A DNA stretch of 64,000 nucleotides from Planctomycetaceae bacterium (GCA_009778035.1 WRKP01000003.1:26132-90131); one strand, 5' to 3'; counted from the first letter of the stretch, positions 33,513 through 42,964 are shown. Numbers and translations: made by a program. The notes: generated by a model from the sequence alone, not told the origin.

Positions 33513-35663
33513 ATGGCAGAACCAGTACAAAAAATCGAAAAAAACGATTCGCTAAAGTCAAAACCGACAAAAAAAATTAAAAAACCAGCACGACAACTGT
33601 TCCTCCGACGGGAAATTAGTTGGCTCATCTTCAACGAACGAGTTCTCCTCGAAGCCGCTGACCCTACCGTTCCCGTAATCGAAAGACTCAACTTCCTCGG
33701 GATTTTTTCCAGCAATATGGACGAATTCTACCGAGTCCGCGTTGCCATCCTGCAACGACTCGCTAATCTTAAAAAAGAAGAAGATGACGTCGAACTTGAC
33801 TTCGATCCCGTGAAAGTCCTCCGCGACATCCATCGAAAATCCGTCGGCCTCCGAAATAAAGCCGACGATATTTACAAACGCATTTGCCGAGAACTTGCCG
33901 CCGAAAACATCTTTTTCGTCAGCGAACAGGACTTGACCGAAGAACAAGGCGTCTACGTCCGGCGATATTTCCGCGAAACCGTTCGGCAACACCTCTTTCC
34001 CCTGATGCTGGAGCGTTTTCGCAATTTTTCCAGCCTCCACGATGACTCCATATATCTGCTCGTTGACCTGTCCCATAAACACAATCCCACAGCCGAAAAT
34101 CTGGCAATCATCGAAGTTCCTACGCAACACGTTCCCCGATTTTTCGTCCTGCCTCTCGGGCCCGACAAACGCAATCTCGTCATGTACCTCGATGACGTCA
34201 TTCGCTATTGCCTCGATGATATTTTTATGGTTCACGGCTTCACCGACTGCAAGGCATATACCATCAAATTCACCCGGGATGCCGAATTTGACATAGATAC
34301 CGACGTGTCAAAAAGTTTTCTCGAAGCCGTCAGCGAAGGATTGCGTCAGCGAAAACACGGCAGCACCGTCCGATTCGTGTTTGACAAGTCGATGCCGAAA
34401 AAAGTCCTGGCTACCATCCTGAAAAAATTTAGCCTCAAACGCGGCGATTCGCTCGAAAAGGGCGGCCGCTATCATAATGCCCGAGACCTCGTGCAGTTTC
34501 CGCGAAGTTTGGGAACCCGAAAAATGCAATACGAGCCGATGCCGCCGCGCGAAGTTGCGGACTTCCCGCACGGCGTTTCGATGCTCGACGTGATTCGGGA
34601 AAAAGATGTGCTGCTGCACTATCCCTATCATTCGTTTCAGTACATTATTGAACTGCTTCGGGAAGCATCCATCGACCCTGCCGTTCGGACAATCAAGATG
34701 ACGATTTATCGGGCGGCGAAGCGTTCGGCAATCGTCAATGCTTTGATTAACGCAGCCCGAAACGGCAAGGAAGTGATTGTGTTCGTCGAATTCCAAGCGA
34801 GGTTCGATGAAGCGGCAAACATCTCTTGGGCGGCGAGAATGCAGGAAGAAGGCGTCCGTGTGTTGCCGAGCATTCCGAGTATGAAGGTGCATAGTAAACT
34901 GATTTTAATCCGGCGTAAAGAACATGGAGCGAACGTCTACTATACGGCCATCGGGACGGGCAATCCGAATGAAAACACGACCAAAGTCTACTGCGATGAG
35001 CATCTTTTGACGGCGGATAAGAGCATTGCTTCGGAGGTTAACAAGGTATTCCATATTTTGGATGACCAAAAATATCAGAGGCCGGATTTCAAGCATATCG
35101 TGGTGTCGCCGTTTGGAACACGTCGATTTTTCCTCAAGCACATCGAACGGGAAATACGCAATGCCAAAAAAGGCAAACCGGCTTGGATGATTGTGAAGGT
35201 CAACAATTTGGTGGACAAAAAATTGATCGGCAAACTTTACGAGGCGAGCGAGGCGGGCGTCAAGATTGATTTAATTATACGGGGGATATGTTCGCTCATC
35301 CCGGACTTACCGGAGGCGGCGAACATTCGTGCGATTCGGATTGTGGATCGTTTTTTGGAGCATTCTCGGATATTTGTATTTTGCAATGATGACAAACCGG
35401 AATACTTTATTGGTTCGGCGGATTGGATGGAGCGGAATTTGGATCAGCGATTTGAGGTGATTGTTCCGGTCAAGGATCCTGGACTTTGCCGTCAGATTTG
35501 GGACATATTGCAGATACAAATATCGGACAATGTCAAATCGCGATTGATAAGTGTATCGCATCCGAACGAGAAGATGGTTGTACCGAAGAATGCGAAGCGG
35601 ATTCGTGCTCAGATGGAGATATACCGTTATCTCAAAAAGGCCCCGGAAGAGGAGATGCAATAG
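33513..35663 (+). CDS. ppk1: Polyphosphate kinase 1
   Basis: REISWLIFNERVLLEAADPTVPVIERLNFLGIFSSNMDEFYRVRV, plus two PLD-like HKL/HSK modules (KVHSKLILIRR; FLEHSRIFVF). Start set at the ATG 6 nt after AGGAGG (33501-33506). The ORF is open from 33438, but that part overlaps the repeat. Confidence 0.95.
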   Translation: MAEPVQKIEKNDSLKSKPTKKIKKPARQLFLRREISWLIFNERVLLEAADPTVPVIERLNFLGIFSSNMDEFYRVRVAILQRLANLKKEEDDVELDFDPVKVLRDIHRKSVGLRNKADDIYKRICRELAAENIFFVSEQDLTEEQGVYVRRYFRETVRQHLFPLMLERFRNFSSLHDDSIYLLVDLSHKHNPTAENLAIIEVPTQHVPRFFVLPLGPDKRNLVMYLDDVIRYCLDDIFMVHGFTDCKAYTIKFTRDAEFDIDTDVSKSFLEAVSEGLRQRKHGSTVRFVFDKSMPKKVLATILKKFSLKRGDSLEKGGRYHNARDLVQFPRSLGTRKMQYEPMPPREVADFPHGVSMLDVIREKDVLLHYPYHSFQYIIELLREASIDPAVRTIKMTIYRAAKRSAIVNALINAARNGKEVIVFVEFQARFDEAANISWAARMQEEGVRVLPSIPSMKVHSKLILIRRKEHGANVYYTAIGTGNPNENTTKVYCDEHLLTADKSIASEVNKVFHILDDQKYQRPDFKHIVVSPFGTRRFFLKHIEREIRNAKKGKPAWMIVKVNNLVDKKLIGKLYEASEAGVKIDLIIRGICSLIPDLPEAANIRAIRIVDRFLEHSRIFVFCNDDKPEYFIGSADWMERNLDQRFEVIVPVKDPGLCRQIWDILQIQISDNVKSRLISVSHPNEKMVVPKNAKRIRAQMEIYRYLKKAPEEEMQ

Positions 35664-35666
35664 AAG

Positions 35667-35696
35667 GCACGAGCCGGGGGCTAACGCCCCCGGCTA
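35667..35696. repeat. Family B GC-hairpin element
   Basis: GCACGAGCCGGGGGCTAACGCCCCCGGCT immediately after the ppk1 stop. Confidence 0.85.
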
Positions 35697-35733
35697 TGGC
35701 GCAAAAGTGCCCCGCAAGCGAAACGGCCAACAC

Positions 35734-36842
35734 TTACTCGACATCCACTCCCACAGCCGCTCCGCGCATGTCGATGATGAGACCGATGTTGCCCTCCGCC
35801 GTAATGGTTCCGCCAGCCCTGCACAGAGTATCAATGTATCCGTAACTATTGTCGAAGGTACCGCCACGCAGAGCAAACTCTCCAATAGAACCTGAGTTCA
35901 CAAATTTTCCAGCCCGAATGTCCACAGTTGTTACAACGCCATCAAGGTCGTTCGTCATCTGATCGCCGGTCATCTTGCACTCGTCAATGTTGCCGCAAAC
36001 GTTCGTCATCACGCTGTTGGTTACGGTGAGACTGTCAATGTTGCCATTTATCTTTTGTATCTTTAGTCCAACTTCTTTAATGGATCCATTCTGGAAACTC
36101 CCGTTGCTTAGTGTCGCATCGTTAATAGTGCCGTAGTTTGTAAGCGAACTGCCAGCGCACGACAACCGAACGAACTTGAGCACGCCGCCGGTACTATTGA
36201 GCATCTCACCTCGCAGACTCGCGTGCTCAATCGTGCCGTTGCTCGTAATGCGACTGAAGTCTCCGACTTGAAGATTCCCGACCTTGCCGTCACTATTTTG
36301 GACATTTGACCGCCGTTCATTATTGCGTGAAACGGTACCGTAGTTGTCAAGATAACCGCCGTTGACCGTCAAATCCTGAATGTCTCCGTTCTTTCGGTTC
36401 TTAATGATGAACTGAGTATCTCTCCATTTCTCGTCCACCCCCCCATTTTGAGGTGGTTTTGCTACCGTAGGTGATTGATTTTTCATTGAGCACCAAAGGT
36501 TTGTTGGCAATCCGATTGCCGAAAGACTGGCCATACACATTCGTCGTGCCCACTTGCAGGATAAAGTTTTCGATTACCGACGTGTTGAACCATCTGGAAG
36601 TTGAGCGATCGCCATTCAAGGTGTCGGTGGTTACCCATAGGTTATCGAAGTACGTGTTGGTGCAATCGGCAATGACCCTCGCTGTCACCATGCATTTGCT
36701 CGGCGGTGCCGTCGAACTGTTCGGTTTCTTCGATCATCGGGTCTTCTGGTAAAGAATCGTTGTAAAATTGTGCGTACGCGGAAGAGATTCCGCCGAGCGT
36801 GATGGCCGCCCCGGTCAGTTTTTTGTGAATTGAGGAAGTCAT
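35734..36842 (-). pseudogene. Frameshifted gene for a secreted Asn/Gly/Thr-rich beta-helix-like repeat protein (three consecutive overlapping frames)
   Basis: ORFs 36642-36842 (signal peptide MTSSIHKKLTGAAITLGGISSAYAQ), 36401-36691 and 35734-36540 abut head to tail on the same strand. The last two overlap across a G7 tract, and removing one G fuses them (..TSKWG-VDEKWRDTQF..). Repeats such as NYGTINDATLSNGSFQNGSI. Visibly AT-richer than the flanks. Confidence 0.55.
36438..36444 (-). repeat. G7 (plus-strand C7) homopolymer at a frameshift point
   Basis: tcgtcca-ccccccc-attttg. Both overlapping reading frames traverse it. Confidence 0.9.
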
Positions 36843-36967
36843 GGTCGGTTCTTCTTACATGAGGGGTTTGCGGTGGGCGAAATGTCAACCGGTCTATGAG
36901 GTTATGGCAAATGGGAAGCGATTTGCGACAGGGAGCGGGGAGGATTTTTTTTTGCGTCAAATTAAAG

Positions 36968-37072
36968 AGCCGGGGGCGTCAGCCCGCGGGTTGGTTCGAC
37001 GTAGATTTGTTCGATAGACTCACCCGGGGGCTAACGCCCCCGGCTCTTGCGTGCACTTGCTCGTGCCCCCGG
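36968..37072. repeat. Family B composite element (two hairpins plus spacer, inverted orientation)
   Basis: AGCCGGGGGCGTCAGCCCGCGGG-TTGGTTCGACGTAGATTTGTTCGATAGACTCA-CCCGGGGGCTAACGCCCCCGGCTCTTGCG. The spacer is roughly the reverse complement of the spacers at 40052-40088 and 44838-44869. Confidence 0.85.
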
Positions 37073-37073
37073 G

Positions 37074-37101
37074 TTGACACCGCAAGCAAATATGGTAAAA
37101 A
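37074..37101 (+). promoter_or_regulatory. Possible sigma-70-type promoter of the DUF1559 gene
   Basis: Perfect TTGACA (37074-37079), a 16-nt spacer, then TGgTAAAAA. An AGGAG SD (37121-37125) and the ATG at 37134 follow. Confidence 0.4.
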
Positions 37102-37133
37102 GGGACCTTTCCAACCAAATAGGAGTATCAACC

Positions 37134-38359
37134 ATGCGAAATTATCGCCACAAAATGTTAACTTGGGGGGGGGGGGCAGTATAGGAAGGCACAAAACGCT
37201 CGCTTCCGCTCGCAATCACGCCTTCACCCTCGTCGAACTCCTCGTCGTTATTGCCATCATCGGCATGCTCGTCGCTCTTCTGCTTCCCGCCGTTCAGGCC
37301 GCTCGCGAAGCCGCCCGACGAATGCAATGCAGCAACCACATGAAACAAATCGGACTGGCCGTCCACAACTTTGAAAATACCCAAAGTGTTCTGCCGCCAT
37401 TGGTTATCAGCCGAGGCAGAACAAGCATTTTCTTCCTGATTTTGCCCTTCATGGAGCAAACGGCAGTTTACGAATCGCAAACCGGCGTCGCAGCACACGG
37501 TTGGGGCGAACGAAGAGATCCCATCACCTCCGTTTGGGTGATTAACTGGCCGGATCAGGCAACTGCAACCTCGTTCACGCCAAGCGATAGGATCGGCGGA
37601 CAGGGAAGCGATGAAGCAAGCCGAAGAGCCTGGATAGACGCTTTGGCAGCGATTTCCGTGTATGTTTGTCCGACACGCCGCCCGGCGGGAAGACTAACGA
37701 GCGGCGGAATGACCGACGATTGGTGTAACGGGACCCCTACCCGGGATTATGGCTGGGGGCCTGCAAGCGATTATGCCGCCGTATCGCTTTCGTTCAGGGA
37801 AGGCAGCGGAATGATGCAGCCCGCCGACCTGAATCGGGAAATCCATGAGGATTATATGCACGTGACGATGGAAAATACCAATGCCGTTTCATCGAGGTTT
37901 CGCGGCCCCTTCCGACCAGCAACCTTTGGCACATCGCCTCCGTCCGGTTCTGATATGAACTGGCTTGAAGAAATCGCAAGTTGGCGGGGCCGGGATTCGA
38001 TGGCTTGGTGGCGCGATGGGGCCTCCAATCAGTTAATCTTCGGAGAAAAGTATTACTCCAATGACCAGCAGTATTCGCATTTGAACGATTCGACTTGGCT
38101 CGGCATCTATTGGAATTCGCACCAAGGTGCTGCACGAAGTTTTCACGGGTCATGGTGGCCGATTGCACGATCGGGAGTGAAGGAAAACCTCTCGAACTGT
38201 TGGGAAGCCAGAAACCGATTCGGCAGTTGGCATCCGGGCGTTTGCCTGTTCCTGCTCGGCGATGGTTCTGTGCGTTCTATTTCGCACACGACGCCGACCA
38301 ACGATGTTTTGTTCCGGTTGGCACACGTGAATGACGCCCAAACGGTCAGTTTGCCGTAG
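37134..38359 (+). CDS. DUF1559 protein with type IV pilin-like N-terminal methylation/cleavage motif; the start region is out of frame with the body in this sequence because of a G12 tract
   Basis: Body frame: ...[56 protein letters not shown] ... GDGSVRSIS. The ATG at 37134 (with SD) stops after 16 codons ([16 protein letters not shown]). One extra G, or two fewer, joins it to the body. The only in-frame alternative start is TTG at 37163, which abuts the tract. Confidence 0.8.
37165..37176 (+). repeat. G12 homopolymeric tract
   Basis: acttGGGGGGGGGGGGcagt. By far the longest homopolymer in the window. Confidence 0.95.
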
Positions 38360-38455
38360 ATCGCCAGCAAGTTCGTACAAGAGCGGGAACATTGGCCTTC
38401 CCGCTTTTTGGCCCCGTTTTTGGCATTTTTCTCACCACGAATCCCTAACTCCTTT

Positions 38456-38875
38456 ATGAAATACCATATTTTCCCCTTATTATTTGCATTACTCATCGCG
38501 GCTGGGTGCAGCGGCAAGGTGCCGCTTACCGGGACAGTAACCTTTTCCGATGATGGTTCGCCATTGCCCCAGGGAGTCATTTATTTCCAGTCGGACACGC
38601 TGGTGGCACAGGGCGGCATCCAACCTGATGGAACCTTTAGAGTCGGGACGGACAAAACAACCGATGGTTTGCCGCCGGGAACGTACCGGGTATACATTGG
38701 CGGAGCCGAATTGAGCGAATTTGTGCCTCATACGGTTGGAATTCACCAAACGTTGCGGCAAAACATTACGCCGTTGATTGATACGAAGTATAATGACCCT
38801 GCCACATCGGGTCTTTCCGTGGAGGTCGATAACCGAACCCGGACGTTCGACATTCAAGTCGACCGGGCTCGTTAG
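38456..38875 (+). CDS. Small lipoprotein, carboxypeptidase-regulatory-like beta-sandwich (typical DUF1559 companion)
   Basis: MKYHIFPLLFALLIAAGCSGKVPLTGTVTF.DGSPLPQGVIYF...GTFRVGT...LPPGTYRVYI. Lipobox AAGC. Confidence 0.6.
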   Translation: MKYHIFPLLFALLIAAGCSGKVPLTGTVTFSDDGSPLPQGVIYFQSDTLVAQGGIQPDGTFRVGTDKTTDGLPPGTYRVYIGGAELSEFVPHTVGIHQTLRQNITPLIDTKYNDPATSGLSVEVDNRTRTFDIQVDRAR

Positions 38876-38881
38876 ACGTCA

Positions 38882-39970
38882 TTGCAATATCATCGCAATT
38901 TAGGTAAAATGTCCCGCATATTGCGGTTATTCCACCAAACGAGAATGGGTGAATGGGAAGAAGAACTACGCCGGTTTCGCAAACTTACTCTGTCCTGTTG
39001 GTTCCTGACAGGACCGACCAGCGTCGGAAAAAGTAAAGTCGGACTTGCTCTCGCTAAAAGCCTCGATGCCGAAGTCGTCTCCATGGATTCCATGGCCGTC
39101 TATCGCGAAATGGACATCGGTACGGCTAAACTCGCGCCCGAAGACCGAGCCGGTATCCCCCATCACCTCGTTGATATCATTGATCCCAGCGATAACTATT
39201 CCCTCGCACAATACGTCAACGAAGCCGCCGATAAAATTGCCGAAATCCATCTGCGCAACAAAAACGTCCTCTTCGTCGGCGGAACACCGCTGTACCTCAA
39301 AGCAATGCTCCGCGGCATCTTTGAAGGCCCGCCCGCCGACCAAGAATTCCGGATGGAACTGCAACGAAAAATGCAAGGAAAACCGCCCGAAGCACTGCAT
39401 AATCTGCTTAAAAAAGTCGATCCCATCTCCGCAAAGCGATTGCATCCCAACGATGTCAAAAGGGTCGTTCGGGCATTGGAAGTCTATGAAAAGATGAAAA
39501 AGCCGATCAGTGCGTTCCAAAAACAATTCGATAAAGGCTCCCCGCCGGAAAAATGCAACGTCTACGTCCTGCAAATGCCGAGGGAACTTTTGTATGCTCG
39601 AATCGACAAACGTGTTGATCGAATGATTTATGACGGCCTGCTCGATGAAGTCAAATTATTGACGAAGCGCACTGCTCCCGTCAGTCAATCGGCACGTCAG
39701 GCTCTCGGTTACAAGGAACTTTTTGATTATCTTGAGGGGAAGAGTACTTATTCGCAGGCGGTGGAGTATATTAAGCAGAGTACGCGAAATTTTGCCAAGC
39801 GTCAGGAGACGTGGTTTCGTGGTTTGAGCGAATGCCGATTTATTCCGTTCGACAAGCCTGTTTTTGAGGGCGTCGATGATTTCAAGATGAGTGTATCGCC
39901 TCAATACAGCAACATGCCGGCTGGCGTTCGCATTCCGACTGGCGGCGAAGATGACGCGGCATATCCGTAG
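38882..39970 (+). CDS. miaA: tRNA dimethylallyltransferase MiaA (start uncertain: TTG 38882, ATG 38909 or ATG 38945)
   Basis: LTGPTSVGKSKVGLALAKSLDAEVVSMDSMAVYREMDIGTAK and PHHLVDIIDP. Carries a ~40-aa C-terminal extension. Confidence 0.9.
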   Translation: MQYHRNLGKMSRILRLFHQTRMGEWEEELRRFRKLTLSCWFLTGPTSVGKSKVGLALAKSLDAEVVSMDSMAVYREMDIGTAKLAPEDRAGIPHHLVDIIDPSDNYSLAQYVNEAADKIAEIHLRNKNVLFVGGTPLYLKAMLRGIFEGPPADQEFRMELQRKMQGKPPEALHNLLKKVDPISAKRLHPNDVKRVVRALEVYEKMKKPISAFQKQFDKGSPPEKCNVYVLQMPRELLYARIDKRVDRMIYDGLLDEVKLLTKRTAPVSQSARQALGYKELFDYLEGKSTYSQAVEYIKQSTRNFAKRQETWFRGLSECRFIPFDKPVFEGVDDFKMSVSPQYSNMPAGVRIPTGGEDDAAYP

Positions 39971-40008
39971 TGGGTTTGTGGAATCCCTTAAACGGTCCGG
40001 AATTGCGT

Positions 40009-40127
40009 TGCGCACGAGCGAGTGAGCGCACGAGCCGGGGGCGTAAGCCCCCGGGTTAGGTCTATCAAAGAATATCATATGTCGAAGAACCCGGGGGCTA
40101 ACGCCCCCGGCTCTTGCGCGTCGCCCC
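40009..40127. repeat. Family B composite element
   Basis: GCGCACGAGCGAGTGAGCGCACGAGCCGGGGGCGTAAGCCCCCGGG-TTAGGTCTATCAAAGAATATCATATGTCGAAGAA-CCCGGGGGCTAACGCCCCCGGCTCTTGCGCG. Confidence 0.9.
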
Positions 40128-40198
40128 CGTGTCAGAAAATGCCCGGGTTGAAATTCACGCAAAATGTGTCAAAATGAGCAACAGAATGCCGAAACCCT

Positions 40199-41272
40199 AT
40201 GCGTAAACTACTCGACGAAACCCTCTCGCGATTTGAAGAACTCGAATGCCTTATGTCGGATCCCGATGTATTGGCCGACTCCCATCGTATGCAACAAATC
40301 GCCCGCGAACACGGAACACTCGCCAAATTGGCAACCAAATACCGACGATTCCGACAACTCAATGCCCAAATCGAAGAAGCAAGCGAACTGCTCCGCTCGC
40401 CCGATGCCGAAATGAGGGAACTCGCCGAATTAGAACTGCCCGAACTCAAAACAGAACGCGAATTCCTCTGGAATGAACTCCTCGATATGACCATCGGCGG
40501 TGCCGATGCCAATCGTACCAATCTCGTGATGGAAATCCGAGCCGGTACTGGCGGCGATGAAGCGGCCCTCTTCGCCCGCGATCTCTATGATATGTACAAA
40601 CACTATGCCGAAGCGCAGGGTTGGAAAGTCGAAATCCTGTCCTACAATGCCACGGAACTCGGCGGATTCAAGGAAATGATCCTCGGGATCGACGGCGATG
40701 GATGTTTTCGGCATCTGCAATTTGAAAGCGGAGGGCATCGCGTGCAGCGTGTTCCCGAAACGGAAGCCAAGGGACGAATCCATACTTCGGCAGCGACTGT
40801 TGCCGTGATGGCAGAGCCGGAAGATGTCGAAATCGACCTCAAACCGGAGGATTACCGAAAGGATTTATACTGTGCCAGCGGTCCGGGCGGACAGCACGTC
40901 AACAAGACGGAATCGGCGGTGAGGCTCACGCACCATGCGACGGGAATTGTCGTTAGTTGTCAGGATGAAAAGAGTCAGCACAAAAATTTTGCCAAGGCAT
41001 TGCGTGTTTTGAAGACTCGTCTTTACGAAGCGAAACGGGAAGAGGAGCAGCGCAAGCGTTCTGAGGAGCGGATGAGCAAGATTGGCAGCGGCGACCGCAG
41101 CGAGCGGATTCGGACGTACAATTTTCCTGAGAATCGGGTAACGGATCATCGGATTGGTCTGACGTTGTACAAATTGGACACGATACTTTCTGGCAGTTTA
41201 TCGCCGGTGATTGATGGTCTTTTGGAATACGAGCGTCAGGAACTCCGCAGTGCGTTTGGGCAGGCGGAATAG
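40199..41272 (+). CDS. prfA: Peptide chain release factor 1
   Basis: [16 protein letters not shown] (GGQ motif). [20 protein letters not shown] (the RF1-type PxT tripeptide region). Confidence 0.95.
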   Translation: MRKLLDETLSRFEELECLMSDPDVLADSHRMQQIAREHGTLAKLATKYRRFRQLNAQIEEASELLRSPDAEMRELAELELPELKTEREFLWNELLDMTIGGADANRTNLVMEIRAGTGGDEAALFARDLYDMYKHYAEAQGWKVEILSYNATELGGFKEMILGIDGDGCFRHLQFESGGHRVQRVPETEAKGRIHTSAATVAVMAEPEDVEIDLKPEDYRKDLYCASGPGGQHVNKTESAVRLTHHATGIVVSCQDEKSQHKNFAKALRVLKTRLYEAKREEEQRKRSEERMSKIGSGDRSERIRTYNFPENRVTDHRIGLTLYKLDTILSGSLSPVIDGLLEYERQELRSAFGQAE

Positions 41273-41310
41273 GGGCAAGGGGCAAAATGGCCGCCATTCC
41301 GGCTCCTCTA

Positions 41311-41399
41311 CGTCGTTCCGGCGAAAGCCGGAACCCAGTCATTACGTGTAATGCCGGTTCCTCTGGATTCCGGCTTCCGCCGGAATGACGGTTTTTTGT
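41311..41399. repeat. Family A palindromic element
   Basis: CGTCGTTCCGGCGAAAGCCGGAACCCAG...CTGGATTCCGGCTTCCGCCGGAATGACGGTTTTTTGT. Fills the whole gap between the convergent prfA and the nucleotidyltransferase gene. Confidence 0.9.
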
Positions 41400-42146
41400 C
41401 TATAGCAACGCGAGCATCGCTCTTTCGACGCTTTCGGCTTCCTCAACCGTGTTGATTCCCAGCGATTCAATCGGCTGCAAGACAGGCAATGCCAACACCC
41501 GTTTGCCCTGCGAACGCAGGATCGCTGGCGCGTCCGTCAAATAGTATTCCTTTTGAGCATTATTCGTCTGCAAATGCGTTAAAGCATCCAGCAAATCCGG
41601 CGTGTGGAAAACGTAATAACTCATATTCACCTCCGTGATTTTTTTCTGCTCCGGCAAAGCATCCTTTTCTTCGACGATCGCCTGAAACCCGCCCGACGCA
41701 TCGCGAACGATTCGCCCAAGTCCAAAGGGATTGTCCTTATATGCCGTTCCCAAAATGCACGATGCATGCTCTCCGGTCGCCGTATCTTGATAGGCCGTAA
41801 ACATTTTTTGAATCGAATCCACCTGGATCATCGGACAATCGCCGGCAACGACCATCACGGCATCGTTGCAGGATTGCAATTTATCGCGGCAGACCATCAC
41901 GGCGTGGCCGGTCCCGAGTTGCTCCGTTTGTTCTACAAATTCCAGGTTTCGGCGATGGGATAAGGCTTTTTGCACCAATTTGCTTTGGTATCCGACGACG
42001 GCGAAAATTTTGTCGATACCGGCTTGTTCGAGGGCATCGAGGACGTATTCGATCATTGGCCGATTGAGGATGGGATAGAGCACTTTGGGCAATTCGGACT
42101 TCATTCGGGAGCCTTTTCCGGCGGCCAAAACGATGGCGTGTTTCAT
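41400..42146 (-). CDS. GlmU-N-terminal-like sugar-1-phosphate nucleotidyltransferase (no left-handed beta-helix acetyltransferase domain)
   Basis: MKHAIVLAAGKGSRMKSELPKVLYPILNRPMIEYVLDAL...EQTEQLGTGHAV parallels the uridyltransferase half of GlmU. The ORF ends at 248 aa. Confidence 0.75.
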   Translation of the reverse strand: MKHAIVLAAGKGSRMKSELPKVLYPILNRPMIEYVLDALEQAGIDKIFAVVGYQSKLVQKALSHRRNLEFVEQTEQLGTGHAVMVCRDKLQSCNDAVMVVAGDCPMIQVDSIQKMFTAYQDTATGEHASCILGTAYKDNPFGLGRIVRDASGGFQAIVEEKDALPEQKKITEVNMSYYVFHTPDLLDALTHLQTNNAQKEYYLTDAPAILRSQGKRVLALPVLQPIESLGINTVEEAESVERAMLALL

Positions 42147-42255
42147 AGTTCGGGTTCTGTTACTCTATAAATTGCATTGCACAGCGATTATACCGCAAAA
42201 GAGAATGAAAAATTCCCCCGTTTTGGTATTATTAGAGCGTATTCCAAATGGCCCT

Positions 42256-42365
42256 GGACAATTTTTCGTCATTCCGGCGCAAGCCGGGAACCAGGAAAAC
42301 GGCATGCACGCCGCTCGGCTGGATTCCGGCTTGCGCCGGAATGACGATGTGTTCGCCGGAATGAC
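42256..42365. repeat. Family A palindromic element (with extra half-unit)
   Basis: GGACAATTTTTCGTCATTCCGGCGCAAGCCGGGAACCAG...CTGGATTCCGGCTTGCGCCGGAATGACGATGTGTTCGCCGGAATGAC. Confidence 0.85.
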
Positions 42366-42430
42366 AGAAGCGATTCCTGGCCAATTTGGACTAATACGTC
42401 AATAGTTTGGTTTAACCGAAAACAAAAATC

Positions 42431-42964
42431 ATGCGAATTATTCTAGGAATGACCGGTGCAAGCGGGACGGTTTACGGCATTCGACTGCTCGAATTGCTCC
42501 TGAAAAAAGGCCATGAAATCCACCTCGTGATGAGTCCGGCATGGCAACAATCCGCTGTACACGAAGGAGTTTCGCCGCCGCAACCGAATCCGCTTCTCAC
42601 GATATACGATCCGGCTGATTATAATGTTCCGATTGCCAGCGGTAGCAGCAATTTTGATGCAATGGTCATCGCACCTTGTTCGGGCAGTTCGCTCGGCTGC
42701 ATTGCATCGGGCATCAATCAGCACTTAATACATCGTGCTGCCGAAGTGCAACTGAAGGAGCGTCGCCGATTGATTTTGCTTTTTCGCGAATCGCCGCTTT
42801 CGTTGATTCACATTCAAAATATGGAGCGGATCACATTGGCTGGTGGAATCATTCAAGTTGCTGTTCCGCATTTTTATACTGCTCCGCAAACGCTCCAAGA
42901 TATGGTAGATACCGTACTTACACGGACAGTGCAACTTTTGGACGGGAATGCAACGCGGACGTGA
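42431..42964 (+). CDS. ubiX: UbiX-family flavin prenyltransferase
   Basis: MRIILGMTGASGTVYGIRLLELL...MVIAPCSGSSLGCIASG...LILLFRESPLS. Confidence 0.9.
   Translation: MRIILGMTGASGTVYGIRLLELLLKKGHEIHLVMSPAWQQSAVHEGVSPPQPNPLLTIYDPADYNVPIASGSSNFDAMVIAPCSGSSLGCIASGINQHLIHRAAEVQLKERRRLILLFRESPLSLIHIQNMERITLAGGIIQVAVPHFYTAPQTLQDMVDTVLTRTVQLLDGNATRT

Noticed and set aside
36896-37133. Upstream extension of the DUF1559 ORF given by the six-frame track (start at 36896)
   Set aside because: This stretch covers a family B composite repeat and the predicted promoter/SD, and it translates to repeat-type pseudo-peptide. The pilin-like leader cannot begin there.
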